A DNA stretch of 63,890 nucleotides, filler included. It is 5 parts of 5 records of this genome, joined end to end, with 100 filler letters (N's around TTAATTAATTAA, not from the genome) between each part and the next. Parts side by side here need not be neighbours in the genome. Positions count along the whole stretch, not along the records: positions 48,402 to 58,334 come from DRR723986_5163; positions 58,435 to 63,890 come from DRR723986_5187; 3 more parts are not named here. One strand, given 5' to 3'. Position numbers and translations under genes: made by a program. Numbering within the stretch: position 1 is the stretch's first letter; the number at the start of each line of letters is the position of its first letter. The notes beneath the pieces are model-generated. The model made no database searches. It saw only the letters and a list, made by a program, of their open reading frames with translations, and had not been told where the DNA came from. This document shows positions 48,658 to 58,464 of the stretch, in pieces.

Positions 48658-50625
48658 TTATTCGATGATTGGCAGGTGCGGCAGTGCCATCAGCGCGCGT
48701 TCACGAGTGGCCAGTTCGTTAAGTTCAGTCATATAACTCAGCTGCTGGCGCATGGCGCTCGGCATCATCTTCCAGAGGTGACGATACGGCCCCATGGCGG
48801 AAGCAGCGGCAAAGTCCTCGTACTTGGCGGCCAGGCCTTCGGCGCTTAAACCGGCACTGGCATCAACGTCCAGCATACGCAGGAAAGCCTTAAACGAATC
48901 TTGGGGTTTGGGATAGACGCTGATCATGACTTTATCACCATCGGCAACACCAAGTGAGCTTTTAACAATATCGATTGAGCCGGAGAAGTCGGCGACAACA
49001 TCAATTAATCCATGCTCAAGGGCTTGCTCACCTGTCCAGACGCGGCCTTTAGCCAGGCTGCGCATCTCTTCAAACGTTTTGCCGCGTGACTCAGCAGCGC
49101 GCGTTACAAAACGATTGTAAATCGATGAACCAATTTTGTGCAGCTTGTTCTGCTGAACGGTATCGATTGGCAAACCAGGGTTGAGGAAGGCTGCCGATGG
49201 CGATGTTAAGACTGTATCAATTGTCACACCAACGTTATCGAACATTTCAGTCATGTCCGGTACGGCCATGATTACACCAATTGAACCGGTGATTGTTGAC
49301 TCGTGCGCAAAAATGGAGTCACAAGCCATGCCGATGTAATAACCGCCGGAAGCGGCAACGTCACTCATGGAACAGTAGACTGGTTTAACCTTGCGCGTTT
49401 CCATGATTTCCTGCCAGATTACATCGGAAGCCGTAGCCGAACCGCCCGGGCTATCGATGCGCAGCAGAACAGCGTCAACATCTTCGTCTTCACGGGCTGA
49501 GCGGATATAGTCGATGAAAGTCTCGGAGGCAATGCCGTCCGCGCCACCACCGAATGGATCGGGCTCAATTTCACCGGAAACAATTGTACCGCTACCAAAA
49601 ATGACGGCGATAGAAATGTCTTTGTTAACATTGCTGTCGTCTGGCGAGTACGGCGCGTTAATGTATTTGCGCAGTGAGATAGTCCGCAGACTTTCAAGTG
49701 AATCGGCTGCACTCAGGTCGGCATTAATACGCTCACGGATATTTTCTTTAAGTGCGGTTTCGGACATCAGTCCGTCAACCAGATCATTGCCGGACATTTC
49801 ATCCGGCGTGTAGATTCCAATGCTCATGAGGCCGTGCACATCGTCGGAAGTCATACCGCGCGCATCGGCAACGGCATCAAGGATGATGTTGTAGCGCTGG
49901 TCGATAAGGGCGCGCAATTGTTCGCGGGCTTCATCGCTAAAACCTGTGCGTGAGAAGGATTCGCCGGCAGACTTGTATTCTTCGAACTGCACAACGTGAT
50001 AGTCCACGCCGATTTTATCGAAAGTACCTTCCATGAACATACCGACGCTGCCAAAACCATTCAATTCAGCAAAACCTTCGGTGGCCATAAAAACTGAGTC
50101 GGCGGCCGTCGCCAGGTAGTAGTCGAATTCATTCGCATTTTCAATAAACGCATACACAAACTTGCCAGACTCTCTGAAGTCGATCAGCGCATTGCGAATT
50201 TCAACTAATTTGCTGAAACCGGTTTGAATTCCGCCGGTTCGGTAGTAGATACCGCGGATTTCATCATCGTCTTTGGCGCGTTCGATAGCCGAGAGGGTGT
50301 TTAAGAAGTTAACACCTCGGTTGCCGGAGTTGCTAAGGAAAGCAAAGGGGTTGGCCTCGGCAGTTTCACCAATTGCACCGGAAGCTGAGAGCTGCAGGAC
50401 ACTATTGGATTTAACATCAACGGCTTCGGCTTCAAATGGGCTCGAGAGCGCCATGAACATAATTCCGCCGATCGCCATCATACCCACAACGATGACGGCA
50501 ATCACCGTGACTGGTATCCACCAGCGGAAGGGTTTCTTCTTACGACGTTGATAGTTCTGCGGATTTGGGGGTGTCCTACGCGGCTCGTTTTCTGCCGAAC
50601 TTTGAGCGGATTCGTTCGTTGCCAT
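48658..50625 (-). CDS. sppA: Signal peptide peptidase SppA (67-kDa type)
   Basis: N-terminal TM, EYKSAGE, RIDSPGGS, AASGGYY, ITGSIGV, GRVWTG. Confidence 0.94.
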   Translation of the reverse strand: MATNESAQSSAENEPRRTPPNPQNYQRRKKKPFRWWIPVTVIAVIVVGMMAIGGIMFMALSSPFEAEAVDVKSNSVLQLSASGAIGETAEANPFAFLSNSGNRGVNFLNTLSAIERAKDDDEIRGIYYRTGGIQTGFSKLVEIRNALIDFRESGKFVYAFIENANEFDYYLATAADSVFMATEGFAELNGFGSVGMFMEGTFDKIGVDYHVVQFEEYKSAGESFSRTGFSDEAREQLRALIDQRYNIILDAVADARGMTSDDVHGLMSIGIYTPDEMSGNDLVDGLMSETALKENIRERINADLSAADSLESLRTISLRKYINAPYSPDDSNVNKDISIAVIFGSGTIVSGEIEPDPFGGGADGIASETFIDYIRSAREDEDVDAVLLRIDSPGGSATASDVIWQEIMETRKVKPVYCSMSDVAASGGYYIGMACDSIFAHESTITGSIGVIMAVPDMTEMFDNVGVTIDTVLTSPSAAFLNPGLPIDTVQQNKLHKIGSSIYNRFVTRAAESRGKTFEEMRSLAKGRVWTGEQALEHGLIDVVADFSGSIDIVKSSLGVADGDKVMISVYPKPQDSFKAFLRMLDVDASAGLSAEGLAAKYEDFAAASAMGPYRHLWKMMPSAMRQQLSYMTELNELATRERALMALPHLPIIE

Positions 50626-50686
50626 GAGCTGGCCACCTTCTGTGTATGTGAATAAATGTCAGACGCAGTTAAGCGGGGAGTCTCCT

Positions 50687-50712
50687 AACGACAAACTAGC
50701 GATTAGGTTTCA
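50687..50712 (-). promoter_or_regulatory. ECF-sigma-type promoter upstream of sppA
   Basis: Minus strand TGAAAC-N16-CGTT. Confidence 0.55.
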
Positions 50713-50741
50713 GCCCGCTGCGTAATCATGCCTGAACATCC

Positions 50742-51476
50742 TCAGGCCGAAGCCTTTTGGCGCTTGCCGCGCACACGCATGTTCAGGAATTCGACCAAGA
50801 CGGAAAAAGCCATCGCAAAGTATACGTAACCCTTGGGCACGTGTACCTGGAAACCCTCTACGAGCAGCAGCAATCCGATCATAAGCAGGAAGGAAAGCGC
50901 CAGCATTTTCATGGTTGGATGTTTTTCAATGAATTCACTCACAGAACGTGCAAAAATGAGCATCACAACCATTGCAAGCACAACGGCAATCACCATAATT
51001 GCAAGTTCATCCACGAGGCCAATCGCAGTAATCACGGAGTCGAGCGAGAAAACAATGTCCAGCAGGATAACCTGTGTGATCACCGACCAGAAGGTGGGCA
51101 TGCGCTTCTGTTTCATGTCACCTTCGGGGTCTCCTTCCACCTTGTCGTGAATCTCCTTGGTGCTCTTGGCTATCAGGAATCCACCACCGCCTATCAGGAT
51201 CAGATCCCGGCCACTGAGGTCAAAACCGGCAATACTGACTATCGGATCGGTCAGCTGCGCCAGGAAGGCGATGAGCGAGAGCAGCAGGAGGCGCAGGAGC
51301 AGGGCCAGCGTCAGACCGATGCGGCGTGCCTTTTCGCGCTGTTCTTCCGGCAGGCGTCCCACCAGAATGGAAATGAAGATGATATTGTCAATCCCCAGGA
51401 CAATTTCCATTACGGTTAATGTCGTGAGGCTCAGCCAGACTTCCGGCTGCGCAAACAGTTCAAAGAATCCAATCAT
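50742..51476 (-). CDS. TerC-family membrane protein
   Basis: EIVLGIDN, DIVFSLDSVITA, PKGYVYFAMAFS. Confidence 0.92.
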   Translation of the reverse strand: MIGFFELFAQPEVWLSLTTLTVMEIVLGIDNIIFISILVGRLPEEQREKARRIGLTLALLLRLLLLSLIAFLAQLTDPIVSIAGFDLSGRDLILIGGGGFLIAKSTKEIHDKVEGDPEGDMKQKRMPTFWSVITQVILLDIVFSLDSVITAIGLVDELAIMVIAVVLAMVVMLIFARSVSEFIEKHPTMKMLALSFLLMIGLLLLVEGFQVHVPKGYVYFAMAFSVLVEFLNMRVRGKRQKASA

Positions 51477-51520
51477 AGAGCGTGTGTAAAAACTAATGAA
51501 ACGTAAGGCCTGGAATACTT

Positions 51521-53701
51521 TTATGGGCGGCAGACAAGCAGGCAGGTAAGGCCGTTATCGTTGGACCATTCCTGGCGTCGCACCACTCCGCTCCCCTGAA
51601 TGCGCGTTTTAATCTTGGCGGCATGCAGCAGGTTGAGCGCGCGCCTGAGCGTCATGCCGCGCACATCCGGTTTGGTTTTGTGCAGCTGCGTCAGAACCGG
51701 CAGGGAATCAGAGTGAGCAGTCACGATTGTCGAGTGCAGGAAAGTCTGCACAATTGAGCCGGGCTCCAGCGCTTCGCCGCGTTTGGGGTCCTGCTTAAGG
51801 ACCATACCTTCGCGATAGTCGGACTCCAGGCGCAGGCCATGGCGCTGCAGCATGGCGCGCGCCTCGTCCACATCCAGTCCACGCACATCCGGCACGCGCA
51901 CCGTCGGCACCTGTTCTTCTGCCAGCGAGTCCAGCGGCGTAGCATCGGCAATCAGGGTGGGATCCGGTACATCCACCAGCCCCGCAGCCACAAGGCGCCG
52001 CGCGATGCGCTGGAAGATAGGCGCGGAAACGCGCCCACCGTAATAGCCGCGCCGCGGTTTGTCCAGCATCACAATCAAAGCCAGCTTGGGCGCTTCGACT
52101 GGAAAGTAGCCCACAAACGAGGCCGTATAATTGCGCTTGCTGTAGCTGCCTTCCTCCAGCTGCTGCGCCGTGCCGGTTTTACCGGCGATCGCCAGGCCGG
52201 GCACACGTGCCAGCGAACCCGAGCCGTGATCAACAACGCCGCGCAGCAGCGTCGAGAGCTCCTGCGCCGTTTCTGAGCGAATTACGCGGCGGATGCGCTG
52301 CGGGTTCATCTCAAAAATAGTAGCGCCGTCGTTGTCTCTGACGGAAGCAACAATGAATGGACGCATCATCACGCCGTCATTGGCGACGGTGGCATAGGCA
52401 TTCACAATCTGCAGGGCTGTAGCGGCCAACTCATAGCCGTAAGCCATAAAACTTTTAGTGGTGGGGTCAAAGGCGCGCGGTTTCTTGAGGATGCCGCGGA
52501 CCTCGCCCGGCAGATCAATTCCGGAATAGATTCCGAAGCCAAAATCGCGCACATACTTGTAAAACTTGTCGGTGCGGATGCTGTCCACCAGACTGGCGAA
52601 AACAACATTGCTGGAATGCTCCACGGCTTCGGCAAAAGTGACGCGCTCCAGCGGCACTTCGTCGCGAATCTCGTGGTCGTCAGCAATACGCATCGTGCCG
52701 CCCAGGCCGTCGACGCTGTCGCTGGAGCTGACGACACCTTCTTCAATCAGCGCAGCGGCACTGACGAGTTTGAATGTCGAGCCGGGCTCGTACATGTCGG
52801 TAATCGCGCGATTCCGCGCATTCTCGGCCGTAGCGGTCGCAATATTATTCGGATTAAAGGACGGCCAGGACGCCATCGCCAGAATGGCGCCGGTGCTTGG
52901 GTCTATAGCTACAGCGGTTCCGGACTGGGCGTCTGCGGCGCGCACACCCTGGCGCAGCTCACTTTCCACTACGCCCTGAATGTCCATGTCAAGCGTCAGG
53001 CTGATGTCATGACCCTTAAGCGGCTCAATTACGGGCAGATCGGGCTTGCGGCGGCGCACACCGCGGCCGTCGCGCTGCATAATCACGTAGCCGGGGCGGC
53101 CGCGCAGGACGGTATCCCAACGCAGCTCAATGCCGCTCAGTCCGTGATTGTCAATGTTCGTAAAACCAACAATCTGCGCGGCAAGTGTGCCGTAGGCGTA
53201 CTGCCGGCCGGCCTCCCAGCGCCGAATCAGGCCCGGATCTTCATTGGTTTTGAGCGAGGAGAATTCAGCGCGGTCGAGCGCACGGCCCAGCCACACAAAA
53301 CGCGAGGAAGAATTGGTAATTTTCTGGTGGAAAACGGAGTCGGGCCGCCCAGTCAGTGAGTCCAAAGCACGGCAGATTGGCACCGGGTCCTCGAGCATGC
53401 CAGGATCCACGGCTATCGACATTTTGCGGAGTGTTGTGGCTATCTCGCGGCCTCCGGCATCAAAAATACGTCCGCGGTCGGCCGCCAGCTCAATACGGGA
53501 CTCGTACTGCCGCCGCGCTTTTTCACGCAGGCCGTCACCGTCCACGACCTGTACGGTAAACAGGCGCACGGCAATCACACAAAAACCGGCTACAAAAAGC
53601 AGGAGAATCAACGCCAGTTTGGCTGTGCCACGCCTGCGGCGCGGCGGTGCAGCCGGTTCCAGCCCGTCAACATCCTCCGGAAATTCTTCCCTCATGCTCA
53701 T
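51521..53701 (-). CDS. ftsI: Class B PBP / FtsI with two PASTA domains
   Basis: RGRIFD, EPGSTFK, SSN, KTGTAQ; PASTA segments VPDVRG and KPDVRGM. Confidence 0.92.
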   Translation of the reverse strand: MSMREEFPEDVDGLEPAAPPRRRRGTAKLALILLLFVAGFCVIAVRLFTVQVVDGDGLREKARRQYESRIELAADRGRIFDAGGREIATTLRKMSIAVDPGMLEDPVPICRALDSLTGRPDSVFHQKITNSSSRFVWLGRALDRAEFSSLKTNEDPGLIRRWEAGRQYAYGTLAAQIVGFTNIDNHGLSGIELRWDTVLRGRPGYVIMQRDGRGVRRRKPDLPVIEPLKGHDISLTLDMDIQGVVESELRQGVRAADAQSGTAVAIDPSTGAILAMASWPSFNPNNIATATAENARNRAITDMYEPGSTFKLVSAAALIEEGVVSSSDSVDGLGGTMRIADDHEIRDEVPLERVTFAEAVEHSSNVVFASLVDSIRTDKFYKYVRDFGFGIYSGIDLPGEVRGILKKPRAFDPTTKSFMAYGYELAATALQIVNAYATVANDGVMMRPFIVASVRDNDGATIFEMNPQRIRRVIRSETAQELSTLLRGVVDHGSGSLARVPGLAIAGKTGTAQQLEEGSYSKRNYTASFVGYFPVEAPKLALIVMLDKPRRGYYGGRVSAPIFQRIARRLVAAGLVDVPDPTLIADATPLDSLAEEQVPTVRVPDVRGLDVDEARAMLQRHGLRLESDYREGMVLKQDPKRGEALEPGSIVQTFLHSTIVTAHSDSLPVLTQLHKTKPDVRGMTLRRALNLLHAAKIKTRIQGSGVVRRQEWSNDNGLTCLLVCRP

Positions 53702-53732
53702 GCTGCATTCTCGCTATCGTGCCGCAGCACGT

Positions 53733-54062
53733 TTAACGTAGCTTGTTGGGCGCCTGCGGTGCCTGAATCATCCCCAGGTTCTCACGGGCAAATGCCGTCA
53801 CACGGTCCGGCGACTGCAAACGCACCAGTTCGGCCTTAAGCCGCTCATTGCTGCGCTCCAGTACTTCCAGGTCTACACGGCGCGCGTCTATATCGTCAAC
53901 TAATTTGTTGACGGCAATTACATTGCTCACAAAAAAGACGATAAGTGCTGCGCTGACTACAAGCATGCCCAGCAATCCCCAGCGGCTAAAGAGCCGTCGG
54001 CTTTTGCTGACTGCCGGTGGATTGTTGCGACCTGGCCCAGAACGTGTTTGACGTTTCCCCAT
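53733..54062 (-). CDS. ftsL: Cell division protein FtsL
   Basis: Single TM, coiled coil, SPDRV...ARENLGM; upstream of ftsI. Confidence 0.8.
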   Translation of the reverse strand: MGKRQTRSGPGRNNPPAVSKSRRLFSRWGLLGMLVVSAALIVFFVSNVIAVNKLVDDIDARRVDLEVLERSNERLKAELVRLQSPDRVTAFARENLGMIQAPQAPNKLR

Positions 54063-54266
54063 AGTTTCACCACAAAATGTGGCTTCCCTCCTCCAAAGAG
54101 CAATTTAGCACTATATTTGCTCATATTAATAGACTGCCGATTTGTGGTAACAAAATCAGCCCTTCCGTCCTTTTTGCGAGTGTGCTGTATGTCAAAGCCA
54201 GGCATGGCAAACTACATGCTACAAACCACAGCAGATTCGCATTAACCAATGCCCAAGGAGAAAAGT

Positions 54267-55139
54267 ATGCGGCAATTGTTTCGCATTTTCATCTGTTTTC
54301 TATGCGCATCGGTCGCCACACAGGCCGAAGACGTTCTGCGGCCCGGAACGGCTGGCGCAGGCGCGTCATCCGCAGAGAACGAACCCGACGGCCGCCAATG
54401 GCACGCGGGCGTCGAAGCCGGACTAACGTTCAACATGTTCTCCGAAGACCTGAGCGGCCTCGTCGATCGGTCCGTCTATGCGCCCCTCGACAGCAAGTCC
54501 GGAATTGCACCGTACTTTTCCGTTTATGTCGACATTCCCGCACCGTTCTCGGATGACCTTGACTTCCGTGTCAAACTGGCGTACGACCAAAAGGACTTCA
54601 GCAATGATGGCCGTGGCGTAAGCGAATGCGACGTGGCCGGTCTTGGCTTCGTTGAAATGGCAGTCGATTCAGAATTCGAACGCACAATTACGTATTTGGA
54701 TTTAGGCCTGGCGATCAATTGGCGCGTCGCGGAAAATATCTATATACTCGCCGGCCCAGTATTACAGTTCGCCGGCGGCGATATTGAAAGCACCGTAACA
54801 CAAACAATCGTGGCACCGGAAGAATGTGCGTGGGACACGAACGAAAATGGCATCCTGGACAGTGAAGACCTTCAAACACGAACCCTTGTAATCGAAGAGC
54901 CTGCCACGGAAGGTTTTCGGTTTGGACTGGAGTTTGGAGCCGGGTATTCCATTCCCCTGATCGCCGGCATAGAACTGACACCAGCCGTGATGTATCAATT
55001 GATGCTAACCGCGCCACTCGAAGACAGAGTCAGCATCGATGACTCGCGAACAATACTTACAGGCCTGCCACCAACAGTTCTGGAAAACTCAGCCCTAAAC
55101 AGTCTCATTTTCACGATTGGTCTACGCTTCGGCATCTAA
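54267..55139 (+). CDS. Outer-membrane beta-barrel protein (PorT/OMP_b-brl-like)
   Basis: Signal peptide, amphipathic strands (GVEAGLTFNMFS), C-terminal IGLRFGI; start 54249 or 54267. Confidence 0.7.
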   Translation: MRQLFRIFICFLCASVATQAEDVLRPGTAGAGASSAENEPDGRQWHAGVEAGLTFNMFSEDLSGLVDRSVYAPLDSKSGIAPYFSVYVDIPAPFSDDLDFRVKLAYDQKDFSNDGRGVSECDVAGLGFVEMAVDSEFERTITYLDLGLAINWRVAENIYILAGPVLQFAGGDIESTVTQTIVAPEECAWDTNENGILDSEDLQTRTLVIEEPATEGFRFGLEFGAGYSIPLIAGIELTPAVMYQLMLTAPLEDRVSIDDSRTILTGLPPTVLENSALNSLIFTIGLRFGI

Positions 55140-55169
55140 TCTCAACCTCTTTCAATTCGGAGAATCATT

Positions 55170-56660
55170 ATGAAACACTTCTTCAAACTGAGCCTGAAGG
55201 TTGGGGTTCTACTTGCCCTGATCTTGCCCCTCAACCCGACAGCAGCTGCGGCACAAACCGTCAAAGTCTCGCCGCTCGTCATCAACTCGGCAGATGACGA
55301 CTTTGGTACCGCCTTCAGCGCGGGCCGTAACGTGATGATGTTCACATCCGCGCGCGCCGCCAAAGGTGTCGATAGTGACGTCGTCCAGAAAATATTCTCA
55401 TCCGTCAGCTGGACCAAGCCGGAAGCCTTAAACGACGATATCAATTCCGGTACACAGAACGGCTCCCCCAGCATAACTCCCGACGGCCAGTACATGGTTT
55501 TTGCGGCCTACGAACACGATGAAGATGGCGAAGGCCGCACTGACATCTATTCGGCACGCAAAGTACGCGGCGAATGGACCGACGTGCAGAATCTGGGCCG
55601 CTCAATCAACTCCGACGCCTGGGACTCGCAGCCCTGGATTAGTGGTGACGGCCAGCTGCTTTACTTTGCCAGCGACCGCCCCGGTGGACGCGGCGGCACC
55701 GATATTTACATCAGCCAACGCAGCGGCAACGGCTGGGGACCGGCGCGCAATGCCGGCGATCGCATCAATTCTAGTTATGATGAGATGTGCCCCGTCCTGG
55801 CGCCGGATAACTCCACCTTCTACTTTGCGAGCAATCGCGACGAAGCCATCGGTGGTTTTGACATCTGGGCTAGCAAACGCGATAATGGCGACTTCGGGCC
55901 GCTCTTCCACATTAAAACTCCAATCAACACTGCATTTGATGAGTTTTACTACAGCGCGCAGGTTAATTCAGACGTAGCCTACTTCTCCAGCGACCGCCCG
56001 GACGACAACAAAGGTGGACTCGATATTTACACGGCGATCCCAAATCCCGTAATCCCCGAGCCCGTACGCATCGTCGCCGGCAAAGTCACCGACGCCGAAA
56101 CAGGACGCCCGGTTCAGGCGCGCCTCGTAGTCACGGATCTCTACACCGGCGCTTTTGTTGGCGAAATGCAGAGTGATGACATCACCGGTGATTACACTGT
56201 CTGGCTGCCCGCCGGCACGCGTTATTCCGTTACGGCCGAACATCCCGACTATCTTTTTTACAGCGAGCAGTTTGAGATTCTGGGTGGCGAAGAAGGTAGC
56301 CAGGTACGCCACGACATCGCATTATCCCGAACTAAAACGCGCCTTCTTGTGTTCTTCGATTTTGACAGCAGCAAACTCACCAACCAGTCGCAATCAGAAT
56401 TAGATCGATTAGTTGGTTACATGCAGTCCAATAATAAGTCTGTAGAGTTAGTTGGTCATACCGATGACGTCGGTGATGATGATTACAACGACAAACTGTC
56501 CAAGCGCCGCGCCGAAGCCGTCAAGTCCTTTTTGCTCGAGAATGGCGTCAGCGATTCCCGCATCAATACGGTCGGCAAGGGTAAACGCGAACCAATTTTG
56601 AATGAAACGACGGACGAAGCCAGAGCGCGCAATCGGCGTGTGGAAATGCGAGTGATTTAG
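55170..56660 (+). CDS. PD40 beta-propeller + carboxypeptidase-regulatory-like + OmpA C-terminal domain protein (PorE-like, no TPR)
   Basis: Repeats such as SQPWISGDGQLLYFASDRPGGRGGTDIY; OmpA motifs GHTDDVG...LSKRRAEAV...NRRVE. Confidence 0.88.
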   Translation: MKHFFKLSLKVGVLLALILPLNPTAAAAQTVKVSPLVINSADDDFGTAFSAGRNVMMFTSARAAKGVDSDVVQKIFSSVSWTKPEALNDDINSGTQNGSPSITPDGQYMVFAAYEHDEDGEGRTDIYSARKVRGEWTDVQNLGRSINSDAWDSQPWISGDGQLLYFASDRPGGRGGTDIYISQRSGNGWGPARNAGDRINSSYDEMCPVLAPDNSTFYFASNRDEAIGGFDIWASKRDNGDFGPLFHIKTPINTAFDEFYYSAQVNSDVAYFSSDRPDDNKGGLDIYTAIPNPVIPEPVRIVAGKVTDAETGRPVQARLVVTDLYTGAFVGEMQSDDITGDYTVWLPAGTRYSVTAEHPDYLFYSEQFEILGGEEGSQVRHDIALSRTKTRLLVFFDFDSSKLTNQSQSELDRLVGYMQSNNKSVELVGHTDDVGDDDYNDKLSKRRAEAVKSFLLENGVSDSRINTVGKGKREPILNETTDEARARNRRVEMRVI

Positions 56661-56825
56661 GCTGGACGGCTCTCAGAGCTTCCCTTTGCCGCTAACAAAA
56701 TCGACCGGTCGGCTGCCTGCCTTGGCACATGCCGATCGGTCCTTTGATTGATCTCTCAGCTTCTCCACGTCCTCATCCGCCTGCCGCTGCCTTCCCGCCC
56801 GCGTTGCTCATCGGAAGCCATTCCT

Positions 56826-57767
56826 ATGTTTCAGCAACTCCTCCGGCCAATTCCCCGCATTCTCGCCCTGGCAATCTGTTTTGCCGCAAGTGAACTGTAT
56901 GCCCAAAATGCCTCCGAATCGGAAGCCCCAGGTGATGATACGGCTCTTGTGCAGGAACAAGACGATCAGCAGATTCCTCCGACAATCGATCCCCTCACCG
57001 GCGAGATAATCGAAGGCTCAACGGAAGCCAGCGTCTCTCGCCGCGAAATCGCAATTGGGCTCGTAGCAGGGCTTAATTACAACATGTTTTCGGGCAAACT
57101 GGAAAACGCTCTACCCGAGTCCAGCCTCTCAATCCTCGAAGGCGGCAGTGGTTTCAGCGGCATGTTTGGTGTTACGATCGATCTGTTACCATTAAAAGCC
57201 AACGGTGCCCAGTTTCGTTTTGCTTACGAAAATAAAGCATACACACACACGGCACAGTGGACCGGCGAGGCCATGAGTCCCGACGGTGCACCAAGCACCT
57301 TCACAGCCGAAAGCGAACATCATTTTTCACTTGGTCACATCGCCTTCGCCGCACTCCTCCGCTTCGAACTCGTCGAAAAATTTTCTCTCTTGATTGGTCC
57401 AACTATCCAAAAAAGCATCGGCAAAACTTCCGGTGAAATTGAAAGCCGCAGCATCAATCCGCCCAACTTCCTGACTCTCCCCTCAAACGTCGATGGCGAA
57501 AACAGTCGCAACGCAATCACAAGCAATCCCGACCAGGATTTCCGCTGGGGCCTCGACGCTGCAATTGCCTACCGCACACTTCTCGCGGACGACTGGATTC
57601 TCTCTGCCGAACTCGGCGGCCAATACTTTATTACCTACTTGCACCGCAACGCGGACGACATTCCCGACTATTCACGTCAGCGCACCGATGGCGTACCACG
57701 CGCCCAAATCACCGAACAAATTCTGCATTCATTGCAGGCCCGCATTGGTTTACTCTACACGCTTTGA
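56826..57767 (+). CDS. Outer-membrane beta-barrel protein, probable paralogue of 54267-55139
   Basis: Signal peptide, GLVAGLNYNMFS, C-terminal RIGLLYTL. Confidence 0.7.
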   Translation: MFQQLLRPIPRILALAICFAASELYAQNASESEAPGDDTALVQEQDDQQIPPTIDPLTGEIIEGSTEASVSRREIAIGLVAGLNYNMFSGKLENALPESSLSILEGGSGFSGMFGVTIDLLPLKANGAQFRFAYENKAYTHTAQWTGEAMSPDGAPSTFTAESEHHFSLGHIAFAALLRFELVEKFSLLIGPTIQKSIGKTSGEIESRSINPPNFLTLPSNVDGENSRNAITSNPDQDFRWGLDAAIAYRTLLADDWILSAELGGQYFITYLHRNADDIPDYSRQRTDGVPRAQITEQILHSLQARIGLLYTL

Positions 57768-57874
57768 TTTATCGTACTGTTTAAGCCCGGCTTCTTATAT
57801 CGACTTAAACAAACAGACTTAACATTCCTGCTGGATATTTATTACAAACCCAGAATCTTGAGCGCTGCGCCCCT

Positions 57875-57903
57875 GCCACTGACGTTCGGTGGCTTACTTT
57901 TTT
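57875..57903 (+). terminator. Rho-independent terminator
   Basis: GCCACTGA-CGT-TCGGTGGC then TTACTTTTTT. Confidence 0.65.
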
Positions 57904-58334
57904 CTCTCATGTTAGTAAGTGTGTCTCAAGACTCAAGCACTTGAGTCTGTGCCAGGTCTCTGCACCACAGGCTCAAAGACTTTGAGATTAACATCTCAGC
58001 GGCAAACTCAGAGTCTGGCGCTTAGCCCCAGGTTCTACGTTCTGCCAATCATCATTCAAGTCTCGCAACATGTGCTGTAGGGCGAAATCCGCGTATGTCT
58101 GTTGGTGTATTCAAAAGCCTGGGCAAAGACGCCGGTGCCACGTTCCCTGTATGTTAAACTTCGGCCATTACACGTTCAGCTCAAGGTTCAACCCGCAGGG
58201 CCATGACCAGCGCCCGGTAGGACAGATTGCCTTGTGATTGTCAGTTATTGGCAAATTTGAGGATTGTGCATGGATGTTATGGGATTTGGAGTCTAAAACT
58301 CATCTCAAAACAACCGGGTCGAGCCCTAAGGGCT

Positions 58335-58434
58335 NNNNNNNNNNNNNNNNNNNNNNNNNNNNNNNNNNNNNNNNNNNNTTAATTAATTAANNNNNNNNNN
58401 NNNNNNNNNNNNNNNNNNNNNNNNNNNNNNNNNN
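58335..58434. other. Artificial contig spacer
   Basis: Same linker. Confidence 0.98.
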
Positions 58435-58464
58435 TCCGGCGGGAGTATTTTTACAAGGAGAAGC

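Noticed and set aside
51477-51520. yybP-ykoY riboswitch before terC
   Set aside because: Only 44 nt of intergenic sequence; too short for the aptamer.
58435-58464. GGGAGTATTTTTACAAGGAGAAG at the contig edge, possibly a roseobacter intergenic repeat
   Set aside because: Single truncated copy in this window; cannot be supported from the sequence alone.
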